A DNA stretch of 64,000 bases from an uncultured Thermoleophilia bacterium (GCA_963837405.1 CAWINA010000007.1:9600-73599), one strand, 5' to 3'. Shown: positions 48,171 through 58,224, counted from the first letter of the stretch. A program made the numbers and translations. The notes: a model not told the origin generated them from the letters alone.

Positions 48171-48941
48171 CTATTCCTTCTCGATCGTGACGCTTTCGAT
48201 CACGACAGGCTGTTTCGGTTCTTCGGTCCCGGGTTTCGCCTGTTTCTCGATCTTTTCGACCGTCGGGTAGCCGGCGGTGACTTCGCCGAGCAGGGCGTAT
48301 TCGGGCGGCAACCCGACGTTGGCGCCGGTGACGACGTAGAACTGGCTGCCGGAGGTCCCCGGGGCCTCGGTTTCGGTCTTCGCCATCGCCACGATGCCTT
48401 TGGTGTATTCGAGGTTGCTGGGCGGCGCCTCGACGACGCTGTAGCCGGGGCCGCCGCTGCCGGTGCCTTCCGGATCGCCGCCCTGGATCACGAATTCGGG
48501 GACGATCCGGTGGAAGGTCGTTTCGTCGAAGAAGCCTTCTTCGGCCAGGAAGGCGAAGGAGTTGCTGGTTTTCGGCGCCCGTTCGGTGTCGAGCGCGATC
48601 GTGAATTCGCCGCAGCTCGTCTTCACGACCGCGTTCACTTTTTCGCCTTTCTCGACGACCTGGCCCGGCTTCGTGAAAGCTGGTCGATCTTCGGGGCCGG
48701 ACGCTTCGACCGTCTGGCAGCCGCCTTTGGAGCCGCCGGAGGCGCTGGTCGTATCGCCGTCGTCATCGCCGCCGCTGCGCGAGATCAGGATCACGCCGAC
48801 GACGATCACCGCCAGCGCCGCGAAAACGGCGAGGATGATCCAGCGACGGTCTGGCTGCTGCGCCTCCACGGGCGCGGAGATTAATGCAAACGGCTTTACG
48901 ATCGGAGCGATGTCGAGCCCACCGTTGACGCCGCTCGCCAC
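48171..48941 (-). CDS. cyclophilin-type peptidyl-prolyl isomerase, membrane-anchored
   Basis: [22 protein letters not shown], then [25 protein letters not shown] and GSQFYVV. The start is uncertain. Confidence 0.9.
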   Translation of the reverse strand: MASGVNGGLDIAPIVKPFALISAPVEAQQPDRRWIILAVFAALAVIVVGVILISRSGGDDDGDTTSASGGSKGGCQTVEASGPEDRPAFTKPGQVVEKGEKVNAVVKTSCGEFTIALDTERAPKTSNSFAFLAEEGFFDETTFHRIVPEFVIQGGDPEGTGSGGPGYSVVEAPPSNLEYTKGIVAMAKTETEAPGTSGSQFYVVTGANVGLPPEYALLGEVTAGYPTVEKIEKQAKPGTEEPKQPVVIESVTIEKE

Positions 48942-49417
48942 CGCGACGCTCGCGGTCGGCAGGCCGGAGAGCGTGCTCGCAGGTCGAATGCGGCGACGGC
49001 GACGGGGCGCTCTTCCTCGCCCGCGAGTTTCCGCAGGCGCGGGTGCGCGGGGTCGACGCCTCCGCCGACTCGGTCCGCCGCGCGACCGCGCGGATCGGGC
49101 TCGACCCGGAGGGCCGGATCGCCTTCAAGCTGGGCGGCCCGCGGGCGCTGCCCTTCCCCGACGACCACTTCGACCTGGTCGCGGTGCTCGACGGCCGGCT
49201 CGCGGTCGCCGAGACCGCCCGCGTGCTGCGCCCCGGAGGCTACCTGGTGATCGCCTACTCCGATCGCCTGCACGCTCCCTCGAAGTTCGGTTCGAGGCTC
49301 GGGCAGTGGCGGTTCAAGCGGGGCGGGTTCGTCCCCGTGGAGGCCGAGGACGCCGGCGACGGCAGCTTCTCTGTCGCCCGCCTGCGGGGTCCCGACCGAG
49401 CCCTGCGCTCCGAATAG
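48910..49417 (+). pseudogene. small class I SAM-dependent methyltransferase with one frameshift near 48972
   Basis: Removing one c from gtgctcgCaggtcgaatgc gives VLEVECGDGDGALFLAREF (motif I), which continues into ORF 49043..49417 (LRPGGYLVIAY). Confidence 0.6.
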
Positions 49418-49426
49418 GCTCACCGT

Positions 49427-50315
49427 ATGGCGATCGACGCGATGCCGCTGGCGATCCTCGTCAACCCATCCTCGGCGGGAGGCAAGACGCTGAAGTTGCT
49501 GCCCCGGGTCGAGCAGGCGCTCGACGAGCGCCGGGTCGAGTTCAGGGTGCAGCACACCAAGGGGCTCGAGCACGGGGCCGAGCAGGCGCTGCTGGCGGTC
49601 GAAGCCGGCGAGCTTCCGGTCGTGATGAGCGGCGACGGCCTGCTCGGCGCGGTCGGCGGCGCGATGGCCGGCGCGGAGACCCCGCTCGGGATCGTCCCCG
49701 GCGGCCGCGGCAACGACCTCGCGCGTGTGCTCGGAATCCCCAGCGAGCCGGAGGCGGCGGTGGAGGTGATCCTCGCCGGGCGGACCCGCCGGATCGACGT
49801 CGGCGAGGCGAACGGCAAGCGCTTTCCTTGGGATCGTCAGCGTCGGCTTCGACTCCGAAGCCAACCGCCTCGCCAACGAGACCAGGTTCCTGCGCGGCAG
49901 CCTCGTCTACGTCTACGCGGGGATCCGCACTCTGATCGGCTGGAAGCCGGCCCGCTTCACGATCCGCGTCGACGACGAGCGGACCCGCCTCAGCGGCTAC
50001 TCGATCTCGGTCGCCAACAGCAGCTGCTTCGGCGGCGGCATGTACGTCGCGCCCGACGCCGAGCTCGACGACGGACTCTTCGACGTCGTCTCGGTCGGCG
50101 AGGTCGGCAAGCTGCGGTTCCTGAGTAACCTGCCGAAGGTGTTCAAGGGCACCCACGTCGAGAAGGACGAGGTGCGCGTCTTCCGCGCTCAGCACCTCGA
50201 ACTCAGCGCCAGCCGCCCCTTCCCGGTCTACGCCGACGGGGAGCACCTCACCGACCTGCCCGCCTCGTTGCGGGTCCTGCCACGGGCGCTGAGCGTGCTG
50301 GTTCCGGGCGCTTGA
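49427..50315 (+). pseudogene. diacylglycerol kinase / YegS-BmrU-type lipid kinase with one frameshift near 49822
   Basis: AILVNPSSAGG, VMSGDGLLG and GIVPGGRGNDLAR continue as LGIVSVGFDSEAN...GGGMYVAPDAELDDGLFDV in ORF 50040..50315. Confidence 0.8.
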
Positions 50316-51721
50316 GCGCCGGCTTCGCAACCAAGGTCGCGCTGGCCCGGGCGGTCGGTGCCGCCAGCCGGGCCAGCGGGCGCGGCGGCGGGACGACGCT
50401 GCCGGGCCGGGTGCTGCTGCGCCTCGCGCCCGGCGCGATCGCCGAGCTCGGCGCCCGGCTCGACCGCGGCGCAACCGTCGTCTCGGCAACCAACGGGAAG
50501 ACGACGACCGCCGGGATGATCGCCGCGATCCTCGCCGCCGAGGGCCGCCAGCCGGTCCACAACCGGGCCGGCTCGAACATGACCTGGGGCGTGGCGACGG
50601 CGCTGCTGGAGCAGCGTGCAGGCCGCGAGGGCCTGTTCGAGGTCGACGAGGCTTGGCTGCCGAAGGTCGTCGACGAACTCGGGCCCTCGCTGATCGTGCT
50701 CGGCAACCTGTTCCGCGACCAGCTCGACCGCTACGGCGAGATCGAGGCGCTGGCCGACGAATGGGCGAAGACGGTCGCCGCGCGCGAGGGCCGTTCGCAG
50801 TTCGTGCTCAACGCCGACGACCCGTTGATCGCCGATCTCGGCCGCGATCCGGAGGGCCGCCAGCGCGAGGACGTCCTCTACTTCGGGATCGACGACCCCT
50901 CCCAGGCCCTGCCCGAGCTCCAGCACGCCTTCGACGCCAAGCACTGCCGTCGCTGCGGCCACCCCTACGAGTACGCGCGCGCCTTCGTCGGCCACCTCGG
51001 CCACTACTCGTGCCCAGGCTGCGGGGCGGAGCGGCCGCGGCCGGACGTCGCTGCCACGCAAATCGAGCTGCGCGGGATGGACGGCTCGCGAACCCGCGTC
51101 CGCACCCCCGCCGGCGAGATCGAGCTGGAGCTGCCGCTGCCGGGCCTCTACAACGTCTACAACGCGCTCGCCGCGATCGCGGCCGGGCTGCGGCTCGGGG
51201 TCGCGCCGGAGCGGATCGGCGCGGCGCTGGGCGAGATGAAGGCGGCCTTCGGGCGGGTGGAGACGATCGCGGTCGGCGAGGCCGAGGTCTCGATCCTGCT
51301 GATCAAGAACCCGGCCGGCGCCAACGAGGTCCTGCGCACCCTGCGGCTGGAGGCCGGGGAGGGCGAGGGGATCGACCTCTGGATCGCGCTCAACGACCGC
51401 ATCGCCGACGGCCGCGACGTCTCCTGGATCTGGGACGCGGACTTCGAGCTGCTGGCCGAAGCCGTCCGCCGCGTCGTCTGCGCCGGCACCCGCGCCCCCG
51501 AGCTGGCCCTCCGCCTCAAGTACGCCGGCTACCCCACCGACCGCATCGAGGTAATTCCCCCCATCGCCCCCTCCCTCGACGCCGTAACCGGATTTCGCGG
51601 GGCTGGGGGAACGCCAAATCCGGTTACGCGGAGGGTTTACGCGCTGCCGACCTATACGGCTTTGTTGGAGTTGCGGAAGCTGCTTGCCGATCGCGGTCTT
51701 GCGAAGGAGTTTTGGCGGTGA
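50312..51721 (+). CDS. murT: lipid II isoglutaminyl synthase, Mur-ligase subunit MurT
   Basis: TNGKTTT, FRDQLDRYGEI, NADDP, zinc ribbon CRRCGHPYEY...GHYSCPGCG, KNPAGANE, and LNDRIADGRDVSWIWDADFE (DUF1727). Collinear with S. aureus MurT by eye. Confidence 0.93.
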   Translation: MSAGFATKVALARAVGAASRASGRGGGTTLPGRVLLRLAPGAIAELGARLDRGATVVSATNGKTTTAGMIAAILAAEGRQPVHNRAGSNMTWGVATALLEQRAGREGLFEVDEAWLPKVVDELGPSLIVLGNLFRDQLDRYGEIEALADEWAKTVAAREGRSQFVLNADDPLIADLGRDPEGRQREDVLYFGIDDPSQALPELQHAFDAKHCRRCGHPYEYARAFVGHLGHYSCPGCGAERPRPDVAATQIELRGMDGSRTRVRTPAGEIELELPLPGLYNVYNALAAIAAGLRLGVAPERIGAALGEMKAAFGRVETIAVGEAEVSILLIKNPAGANEVLRTLRLEAGEGEGIDLWIALNDRIADGRDVSWIWDADFELLAEAVRRVVCAGTRAPELALRLKYAGYPTDRIEVIPPIAPSLDAVTGFRGAGGTPNPVTRRVYALPTYTALLELRKLLADRGLAKEFWR

Positions 51722-52434
51722 GCGCCGAGGCGATCTGGCACGACGTCGAGTGCGGCTCCTACGCGGCCGACCTCGCGCTCTGGGAGGAGCTCGCGGCGCA
51801 GGCGGAGGGGCCGGTCCTTGAGCTCGGCTGTGGGACCGGCCGGGTCGTCCTGCACCTGGCGCGACGGGGATTCGAGACGGTCGGCCTCGACCGCGACCCG
51901 GATCTGATCGCGGCGCTCGGCGAGCGCACCGACGGGCTCGCCGTGCGCACGCACCTCGCCGACGCCCGCGACTTCGCCCTCGACGGCGAGGTCGCCCTGG
52001 TGCTCGCCCCGACCCAGATGCTGCAGCTGCTCTCCGACGCCGAGGCCCGGGTCGCCTGCCTGCGCCGGATCAGCGCCGCGCTCCGCCCCCGCGGTCGCTT
52101 CGCCGCCGCGATCCTCGAGGCGATGCCCGAGCCCGACGGCGCCCCTCCCCCGCTCCCCGACGTGCGCGAGGTCGACGGCTGGGTCTACTCGAGCCTCGCG
52201 GTCGAGGCCGCGGTCGGGCCCGACGAGATCGTCGTCCACCGCTTGCGGCAGTCCGTCTCCCCCGACGGTGAGCTGACCGAGGAGCCGAACCAGGTCCGGA
52301 TCGCCACCTTCCCCGCCGCCCAGCTCGAGGAAGAGGCGGCCGTCGCGGGATTGCGACCCCTGGAGCGCCGCCCGATCCCCCCGACCGACATCCACGTCGG
52401 CTCGCTCGCCGTCGTCTACGAAAAGGAGGATTGA
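51718..52434 (+). CDS. class I SAM-dependent methyltransferase (inserted between murT and gatD)
   Basis: GTG overlaps the murT stop (GTGA). Motif I VLELGCGTGR; 238 aa. Its stop lies 3 nt before the gatD ATG. Confidence 0.8.
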   Translation: MSAEAIWHDVECGSYAADLALWEELAAQAEGPVLELGCGTGRVVLHLARRGFETVGLDRDPDLIAALGERTDGLAVRTHLADARDFALDGEVALVLAPTQMLQLLSDAEARVACLRRISAALRPRGRFAAAILEAMPEPDGAPPPLPDVREVDGWVYSSLAVEAAVGPDEIVVHRLRQSVSPDGELTEEPNQVRIATFPAAQLEEEAAVAGLRPLERRPIPPTDIHVGSLAVVYEKED

Positions 52435-52437
52435 GCG

Positions 52438-53172
52438 ATGGAGCTGCGCGTCCTCAGCCTCTACCCCGAGCAGATGAACATCTACGCCGACCGCGGCAAC
52501 ATCCTCTTCCTACAGCGCCGCTGCGAGTGGCGTGGGATCGAGTTCAGTCACAGCGGCGCCGGCCCCGGCGACCCGGTCGACCCCGGCGCCCACGACCTCT
52601 TCTACATCGGCGGCGGCCAAGACCGCGACCAGCGCCTGGTCGCCCAGGACATGGCGACCTCCAAGCGCGACGCGCTCGTGGCCGCGGTCGAGAACGGGGC
52701 CTGCCTGCTGGCAGTCTGCGGCGGCTACCAGCTGCTCGGCCACAGCTACCAGCTCGGCGAAGAGAAGCTGCCAGGGCTGGGGCTCGCCGACCTGGAGACC
52801 GTGCGCGAGCCGGGGCCGCGGCTGATCGGCAACGTCGCGATCGAGGTCGACCTCGGCGGCGGACCGCGCCTGCTCGCCGGCTTCGAGAACCACGGCGGCC
52901 GCACCTATCTCGGCGGCGGCGCGGAGCCGCTTGGCAGGGTCGTCGAGGGACACGGCAACAACGGCAGCGACGGGCTCGAGGGCGTCCGCCGCGCCAACCT
53001 GATCGGCACCTACCTGCACGGTCCGCTGCTGCCGAAGAACGCCTGGCTCGCCGATTACCTGATCGCCACCGCGCTGGAGCGCCGCTACGGCGCCGAGGTC
53101 GCGCTGGAGCCGCTCGACGACGCCTTCGAGGACGCCGCCCACGCCAGCGCGCGTTCCGCCGCCGGGGCCTAG
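52438..53172 (+). CDS. gatD: lipid II isoglutaminyl synthase, glutaminase subunit GatD
   Basis: YADRGN, FYIGGGQDRDQ, CGGYQLLG (Cys nucleophile), GFENHGGRTY and GTYLHGPLLPKN closely parallel S. aureus GatD. Confidence 0.93.
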   Translation: MELRVLSLYPEQMNIYADRGNILFLQRRCEWRGIEFSHSGAGPGDPVDPGAHDLFYIGGGQDRDQRLVAQDMATSKRDALVAAVENGACLLAVCGGYQLLGHSYQLGEEKLPGLGLADLETVREPGPRLIGNVAIEVDLGGGPRLLAGFENHGGRTYLGGGAEPLGRVVEGHGNNGSDGLEGVRRANLIGTYLHGPLLPKNAWLADYLIATALERRYGAEVALEPLDDAFEDAAHASARSAAGA

Positions 53173-54887
53173 TACGAGGGGCTGGTCGCGACCTCGGCGA
53201 CCTCCTCGGTCGGGAGGTCTTCGCCGTGGCGGTAACGGCCTCCACGCATCAGCGACGCCCCGGCGGCGATCAGACAGGCGACGATCGCGAAGCTGAAGGC
53301 GATCTGGAGCCCGTCGGCGAAGGGCCCGGCGATCAGGTGCGGGAAGAAGGCCTGCCCGGTGACCGCTTCATGGGCGCCCGCCGGAAGCGCACCCAGGGTG
53401 TCGGCACCGATCAGGTGCTCGATTGGGTTGTAGCCGAGGAAGGCGGCGAAGAGAACCGAGATCGGCGGGGTTTGGCCCGCCTCGTGCGCCGCCGCGGCAG
53501 AAACCCCGTGCGCTTCCAGGCCGGAGCTGAGCGCCCCGGGCAGCGCCGAGGCGAGGCCGATCACCAGCAGGGTGAAGAAGATCCCAATCGAGACCACCTG
53601 GGCGGAGTTCTGGAAGGTCTGGTTCATGCCGCCGCCGGCGCCGCGATCGCCGGGCGGCAAGGAGTTCATCACCGCCGCCCGGTTGGGCGCGATGAACATC
53701 CCCATCGAGATCCCGTTGAGCAGCAGGATCGCCGCGAAGGCGGAGTACTCGAAGTCGATCGGCAGCATCATCAGCAACCCGAAGCTGAGCGCCGCGACCA
53801 ACATGCCCCCGGTCGCGAACGGGCGGGCGCCGAAGCGGTCGGAGAGGTGGCCGGACACCGGCCCGGCGAGCAGGATCCCGATCGTGAACGGGAGCATGTA
53901 GATCCCCGCCCAAAGCGGCGTCTCGGTGAAGTCGTAGCCGTGCAGCGGCAGCCAGATCCCCTGCAGCCAGATGATCAGCATGAACATCAGGCCGCCGCGG
54001 GCGAGCGACGCGAGGAAGGTCGAGAGCGTGCCGAAGGTGAAGGCGCGGATGCGGAACAGCGGCAGCCGGAACATCGGCGCCTCGGCGCGGCGCTCGACCA
54101 CGAAAAAAGCGGCGAGGCAGGCAACCGAGGCGGCGAGCAGGAGCAACACGCGCGGGCTGCCCCAGCCGGTCGCCGCGTCGCCGTAGGGACGGATCCCGTA
54201 GGTGACCGCGACCATCGCCAGGACCAGGCCGCCGGCGAAGGTGACGTTCCCCCACCAGTCGACCTTCGCCGGCCGTGGCTGGCTGCGCTCCTCCAGCTTC
54301 ATGTAGCCCCAGACGGTCCCGAATAGTCCGATCGGGACCGAGATCAGAAAGACCAGCCGCCAGTCGATCGGCGCCAGCAGGCCGCCGAGCACCAGACCGA
54401 TGAACATCCCGCTGACCGCGACGATGTTGTTGATCCCGAGCGCCATCCCGCGCTGGTGGGCCGGGAAGGCGTCGGTGATGATCGCCGCCGAGTTGGCGAG
54501 CAGGCAGGCCCCTCCCACCCCCTGGACGATGCGGAAGATGACCAGGTAGAGCGCCCCCGCCTCGCCGGTCATCCAGTCGATCGCCAGCAGCAGCGAGGCG
54601 ACCGTGTAGATCACATAGCCGAGGTTGAAGATCCGCACCCGGCCGTACATGTCGCCAAGTCGGCCGAGGCTGACGATCAGCACGCTGGTCACGACCAGGT
54701 AGCCGAGGATCATCCAGAGCAGGTAGGCGCTGTTCGCCGGGACCAGCGGGTCGAGCTCGATGCCGCGGAAGATGTCTGGCATCGCGATCAGCGTGATCGA
54801 GGCGTCAAGGGTGGCGAGCAAGACGGCGAGGGTGCAGTTCGAGAGAGCGATCCACTTGTAGGTGTCCTTCGATCTTCGCTTTGCCAT
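53169..54887 (-). CDS. MFS transporter, DHA2 (14-TMS, EmrB/QacA-like) family
   Basis: 572 aa, about 14 hydrophobic segments, and the GRLGDMYGR motif A-like loop. Confidence 0.9.
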   Translation of the reverse strand: MAKRRSKDTYKWIALSNCTLAVLLATLDASITLIAMPDIFRGIELDPLVPANSAYLLWMILGYLVVTSVLIVSLGRLGDMYGRVRIFNLGYVIYTVASLLLAIDWMTGEAGALYLVIFRIVQGVGGACLLANSAAIITDAFPAHQRGMALGINNIVAVSGMFIGLVLGGLLAPIDWRLVFLISVPIGLFGTVWGYMKLEERSQPRPAKVDWWGNVTFAGGLVLAMVAVTYGIRPYGDAATGWGSPRVLLLLAASVACLAAFFVVERRAEAPMFRLPLFRIRAFTFGTLSTFLASLARGGLMFMLIIWLQGIWLPLHGYDFTETPLWAGIYMLPFTIGILLAGPVSGHLSDRFGARPFATGGMLVAALSFGLLMMLPIDFEYSAFAAILLLNGISMGMFIAPNRAAVMNSLPPGDRGAGGGMNQTFQNSAQVVSIGIFFTLLVIGLASALPGALSSGLEAHGVSAAAAHEAGQTPPISVLFAAFLGYNPIEHLIGADTLGALPAGAHEAVTGQAFFPHLIAGPFADGLQIAFSFAIVACLIAAGASLMRGGRYRHGEDLPTEEVAEVATSPSY

Positions 54888-54908
54888 GCAACGTCGATAT
54901 TACACAGG

Positions 54909-54924
54909 CAAACTGTGCAGTTTG
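54909..54924. promoter_or_regulatory. candidate MarR operator: caaactg-tg-cagtttg
   Basis: Perfect 7-bp inverted repeat centred in the 64-bp divergent MFS/MarR intergenic region. Confidence 0.5.
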
Positions 54925-54951
54925 GCTGCCTTGTTGGCGTATATTCGCCCC

Positions 54952-55359
54952 GTGAGCGCCGAGGTGGCAAGCGAACTGCGGATCGTGCTCGGGCAGCTGG
55001 TGCGCCGGCTGCGGGCCGAGCACCGGTTTCCGCTTCAGCAGGCAAGCGTGATCGGCCGGCTCGACCGCGACGGCTCCCAGAGCGTCAGCGACCTGGCGAG
55101 CGCCGAGCGGGTGCGCCCGCAGTCGATGGCGCAGACGGTCGCCGACCTCGAAGCCGAGGGCCTGGTCGAGCGCCGGCCCGACCCGGACGACCGCCGCCGC
55201 GCCTTGGTCCTGCTCACCGCTTCCGGGCGGGCCGAGCTGGAAGCCGACCGCCGCGCCCGGGTCGGCTGGCTGGTCGACGCGATCGAGGGCCTCTCCCCGG
55301 CCGAACAGGCGACGCTCGCCAGCTCGGTCGAGATTCTCCGCCGCCTGGCGGAGAACTAG
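54952..55359 (+). CDS. MarR-family transcriptional regulator
   Basis: Winged-helix core SVSDLASAERVRPQSMAQTVADLEAEGLVERRPDPDDRRRALVLLT. GTG at 54952 lies 6 nt after TATATT, which suggests a leaderless mRNA. Confidence 0.85.
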   Translation: MSAEVASELRIVLGQLVRRLRAEHRFPLQQASVIGRLDRDGSQSVSDLASAERVRPQSMAQTVADLEAEGLVERRPDPDDRRRALVLLTASGRAELEADRRARVGWLVDAIEGLSPAEQATLASSVEILRRLAEN

Positions 55360-55367
55360 ACCCCGGC

Positions 55368-55832
55368 TCAGCGCCCGCTGGAGCCGAAGCCGCCCTCGCC
55401 ACGAGCCGACTCGGTCAGGCTCGCCGCCTCGACCGGCTCGGCCAGGGCGATCGGGGCGATCACCAACTGGGCGATGCGGTCGCCGGCCTCGACCCTGAAG
55501 ACCTCGGCCGGATCGGCGTTCAGCAGCAGCACCCGCAGTTCGCCGCGATAGCCGGCGTCGATCAGGCCCGGGCTGTTGACCACGGTGATCCCGTGCTCGC
55601 GCGCCAGCCCGGAACGCGGTAGTACCAGGCCGGCGTGCCCCTCGGGGATCTCGACAGCGACTCCGGTCCCCACCCCCCAGCGCTCACCCGGTCCGAGGTG
55701 GGCCGGCTCGCAGGCGTAGAGGTCGAGTCCGGCGTCGCCCGGATGGGCGCGGGTCGGGAGGATCGCCTCCGGCTTCAGTTTGGCCACGGGAAGCTGCACG
55801 GCCGCCACCCTAGCTGAGCCGTGCTTAGGCAA
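55368..55832 (-). CDS. dut: dUTP diphosphatase
   Basis: [26 protein letters not shown] and [10 protein letters not shown] motifs. Confidence 0.95.
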   Translation of the reverse strand: MPKHGSARVAAVQLPVAKLKPEAILPTRAHPGDAGLDLYACEPAHLGPGERWGVGTGVAVEIPEGHAGLVLPRSGLAREHGITVVNSPGLIDAGYRGELRVLLLNADPAEVFRVEAGDRIAQLVIAPIALAEPVEAASLTESARGEGGFGSSGR

Positions 55833-57161
55833 CCGCGAGGTCGTCGAAGCGGTGCAGCTCGGCGGCCGGGACGCGGGCGTGGACGAGGACGCCGTCGGGG
55901 CGCTCGGTCCGTTCGAGGTCGCCGGCTACTTCGTGCAGCTCGTGCAGGCGGCCACCCTGCGAGTAGGGGATCAGCAGCTCGACCTCGGTCAGCGTCTCGG
56001 CGAAGGCGGCCTCGATCCGCTCGCGCAGCGCCTCCAGCCCCTGCTCGGCCAGAGCCGAGACCAGGACCGCGTCGGGATGGGCGATCGTCACCTCGTGGCG
56101 GGCGTCCTCGTCGAGCAGGTCGGCCTTGTTGAGGACCAGCAGTCGCGGCTTCTCGCCGGCGCCGATCTCCTCCAGGACCTCGTCGACCGCGTTCATGTCG
56201 ATCAGCCGGCGCTCCTCCGGCTCGGAGGCGTCGACGACGTGGACGATCAGATCGGCCAGCGTCGTCTCCTCGAGCGTCGCCTTGAACGCCTCGACGAGTT
56301 GGTGGGGCAGCTTCTCGATGAAGCCGACGGTGTCGGTCAGCAGGTAGTCGCGCCCGGAGAGCTCGAAGCTGCGCGTGGTCGGGTCGAGCGTGTGGAAGAG
56401 GCGGTCGGCGACCCCGACCTCGGCCCCGGTCAGCGCGTTCAGCAGCGTCGACTTGCCGGCGTTGGTGTAGCCGGCGAGGGCGACCCGCGGTAGCGAGGAG
56501 CGGTCGCGCCGGGCGCGCATCACGCCGCGGTTCTGCTCCAGCCGCGCCAGCCGCCGGCGCAGCGCCGAGATCCGGTTGCGGGCGAGCCGGCGGTCGGTCT
56601 CGATCTGGCTCTCGCCCGGGCCCCGGGTGCCGATGCCGCCGTCCATGCGGCCGGCGCCGAGCCGCTCGAGGTGGGTCCAGAGCCCCCGCATGCGGGCCAT
56701 GTTGTATTCGAGCTGGGCCAGCTCGACCTGCAGCTTGCCCTCGGCCGAGTGGGCATGGTCGGCGAAGATGTCGAGGATCACCGCGGTGCGGTCGATCACC
56801 GGTACCCCGAGCGCCGCCTCCAGGTTGCGCTCCTGGCGCGGCGCCAGCTCGTCGTCGCAGGCGACCAGGTTGGCGTCGCAGGCCTTGATCTCCGGCTTTC
56901 AGCTCCTCCAGCCGGCCGCGGCCGAAGTAGCGGTCGGGATCGGGCTTGGGCCGCTGCTGGGTCGCCTCGCCGGCGGTCGCGACGCCGGCGGTGCGCAGCA
57001 GCTCCTTCAGCTCGGCCAGCGGCTCCTCGCGCTCGGGGCCGTCGACGATCCCGATCGCCAGCGCGCGCTGGCGGGCGCGCGGGTTGGTCGGCGCCGGCGC
57101 CGTTCCCGTGCTCGGCGCTGTAGCGCGTCTCCGTCTTGCGTCCGTTCCTCGATCGCTGCAT
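55825..57161 (-). pseudogene. hflX: GTPase HflX, 2 frameshifts in the N-terminal region
   Basis: The G domain is intact ([25 protein letters not shown]). The N-terminal domain (RALAIGIVDGPEREEPLAELKELLRTAG... / [16 protein letters not shown]) is in other frames. Shifts are near 57075 and 56892. Confidence 0.85.
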
Positions 57162-57197
57162 GCTCTTAATGGTAGGCCCCGCCGCGGGGGCTAGGCT

Positions 57198-58202
57198 TTG
57201 GAAACCGTGAAGGTCTTCGTGACGGGGGGAACGGGATTCATCGGCGGCGCGGTGGTGCGCCAGCTGCGCGCCCGCGGCGACGAGGTCGTCTGCCTCGTCC
57301 GCAACCCCGAGAAGGGCAAGGCGATCGCCGCGCTCGGCTGCGAGATCGCCCCCGGCGACCTCGCCGACGAGCGCGCGATCCGCGAGGGGATGGCCGGCTG
57401 CGACGCGGTGATCCACGCCGCCGCGATCTACGAGGTCGGGATCCCGGCGCGCGAGCGCGAGGCGATGCGCGAGGCCAACGTCGGCGGCACCGAACGGGTG
57501 CTCGGCGCGGCGCTGGAGCTGAAGATCCCGAAGGTCGTCTACGTCTCGACCGTCGGCGTCTTCGGCAACACCGACGGCCAGATCGTCGACGAGTCCTACG
57601 AGCACCCCGCCCAGAGCTTCACCTCCTGTTACGAGCAGACCAAGTGGGAAGCCCACCAGGTCGCCAAGCGGCTGATCGGCGAGGGGCTGCCCTGCGTGAT
57701 CATGCAGCCGGGCGGCGTCTACGGCCCCGGCGACACCTCTTCGATCGCGGTGATGCTGAACGAATTCCTCAAGGGCAGGATGGTCGCGATCCCTTTCCCC
57801 GAGCTGGGCATCTGCCTTACCCACGTCGAGGACATCGCCACCGGGATCCTGCTGGGGCTGGACAAGGGCCGCGCCGGCGAGGCCTACGTGATCAGCGGCC
57901 CGGCGACGACCGTGCGCGAGGCGATCGGCGTGGTCGCCGACGTGACCGGCAAGAAGGCCCCGAAGCGGGCCCTCCCCACCGGGCTGATGAAGGCGCTGAC
58001 CCCGGTCGGCCCGCTGGTCGGCAAAGTGATGGGCCAGCCGCCGAACCTGCGCGAGCTGATCTCCTCGGCCGACGGCGTCACCTTCTGGGCCAGCTACGAC
58101 AAGGCCAAGAACGAGCTCGGCTACGAACCGCGTGGACTCAGCGAAGGCCTGCGGGCGATGCTCGAGACCGAAGGCCGCGTTCCGGCCGCCGCTGCCGCCT
58201 AG
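57198..58202 (+). CDS. NAD-dependent epimerase/dehydratase (extended SDR)
   Basis: VFVTGGTGFIGGAVVRQL and a YEQTKWEAH catalytic YxxxK; 334 aa. Confidence 0.85.
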   Translation: METVKVFVTGGTGFIGGAVVRQLRARGDEVVCLVRNPEKGKAIAALGCEIAPGDLADERAIREGMAGCDAVIHAAAIYEVGIPAREREAMREANVGGTERVLGAALELKIPKVVYVSTVGVFGNTDGQIVDESYEHPAQSFTSCYEQTKWEAHQVAKRLIGEGLPCVIMQPGGVYGPGDTSSIAVMLNEFLKGRMVAIPFPELGICLTHVEDIATGILLGLDKGRAGEAYVISGPATTVREAIGVVADVTGKKAPKRALPTGLMKALTPVGPLVGKVMGQPPNLRELISSADGVTFWASYDKAKNELGYEPRGLSEGLRAMLETEGRVPAAAAA

Positions 58203-58224
58203 CCCGTCCCATAGGCTCCGCGCC

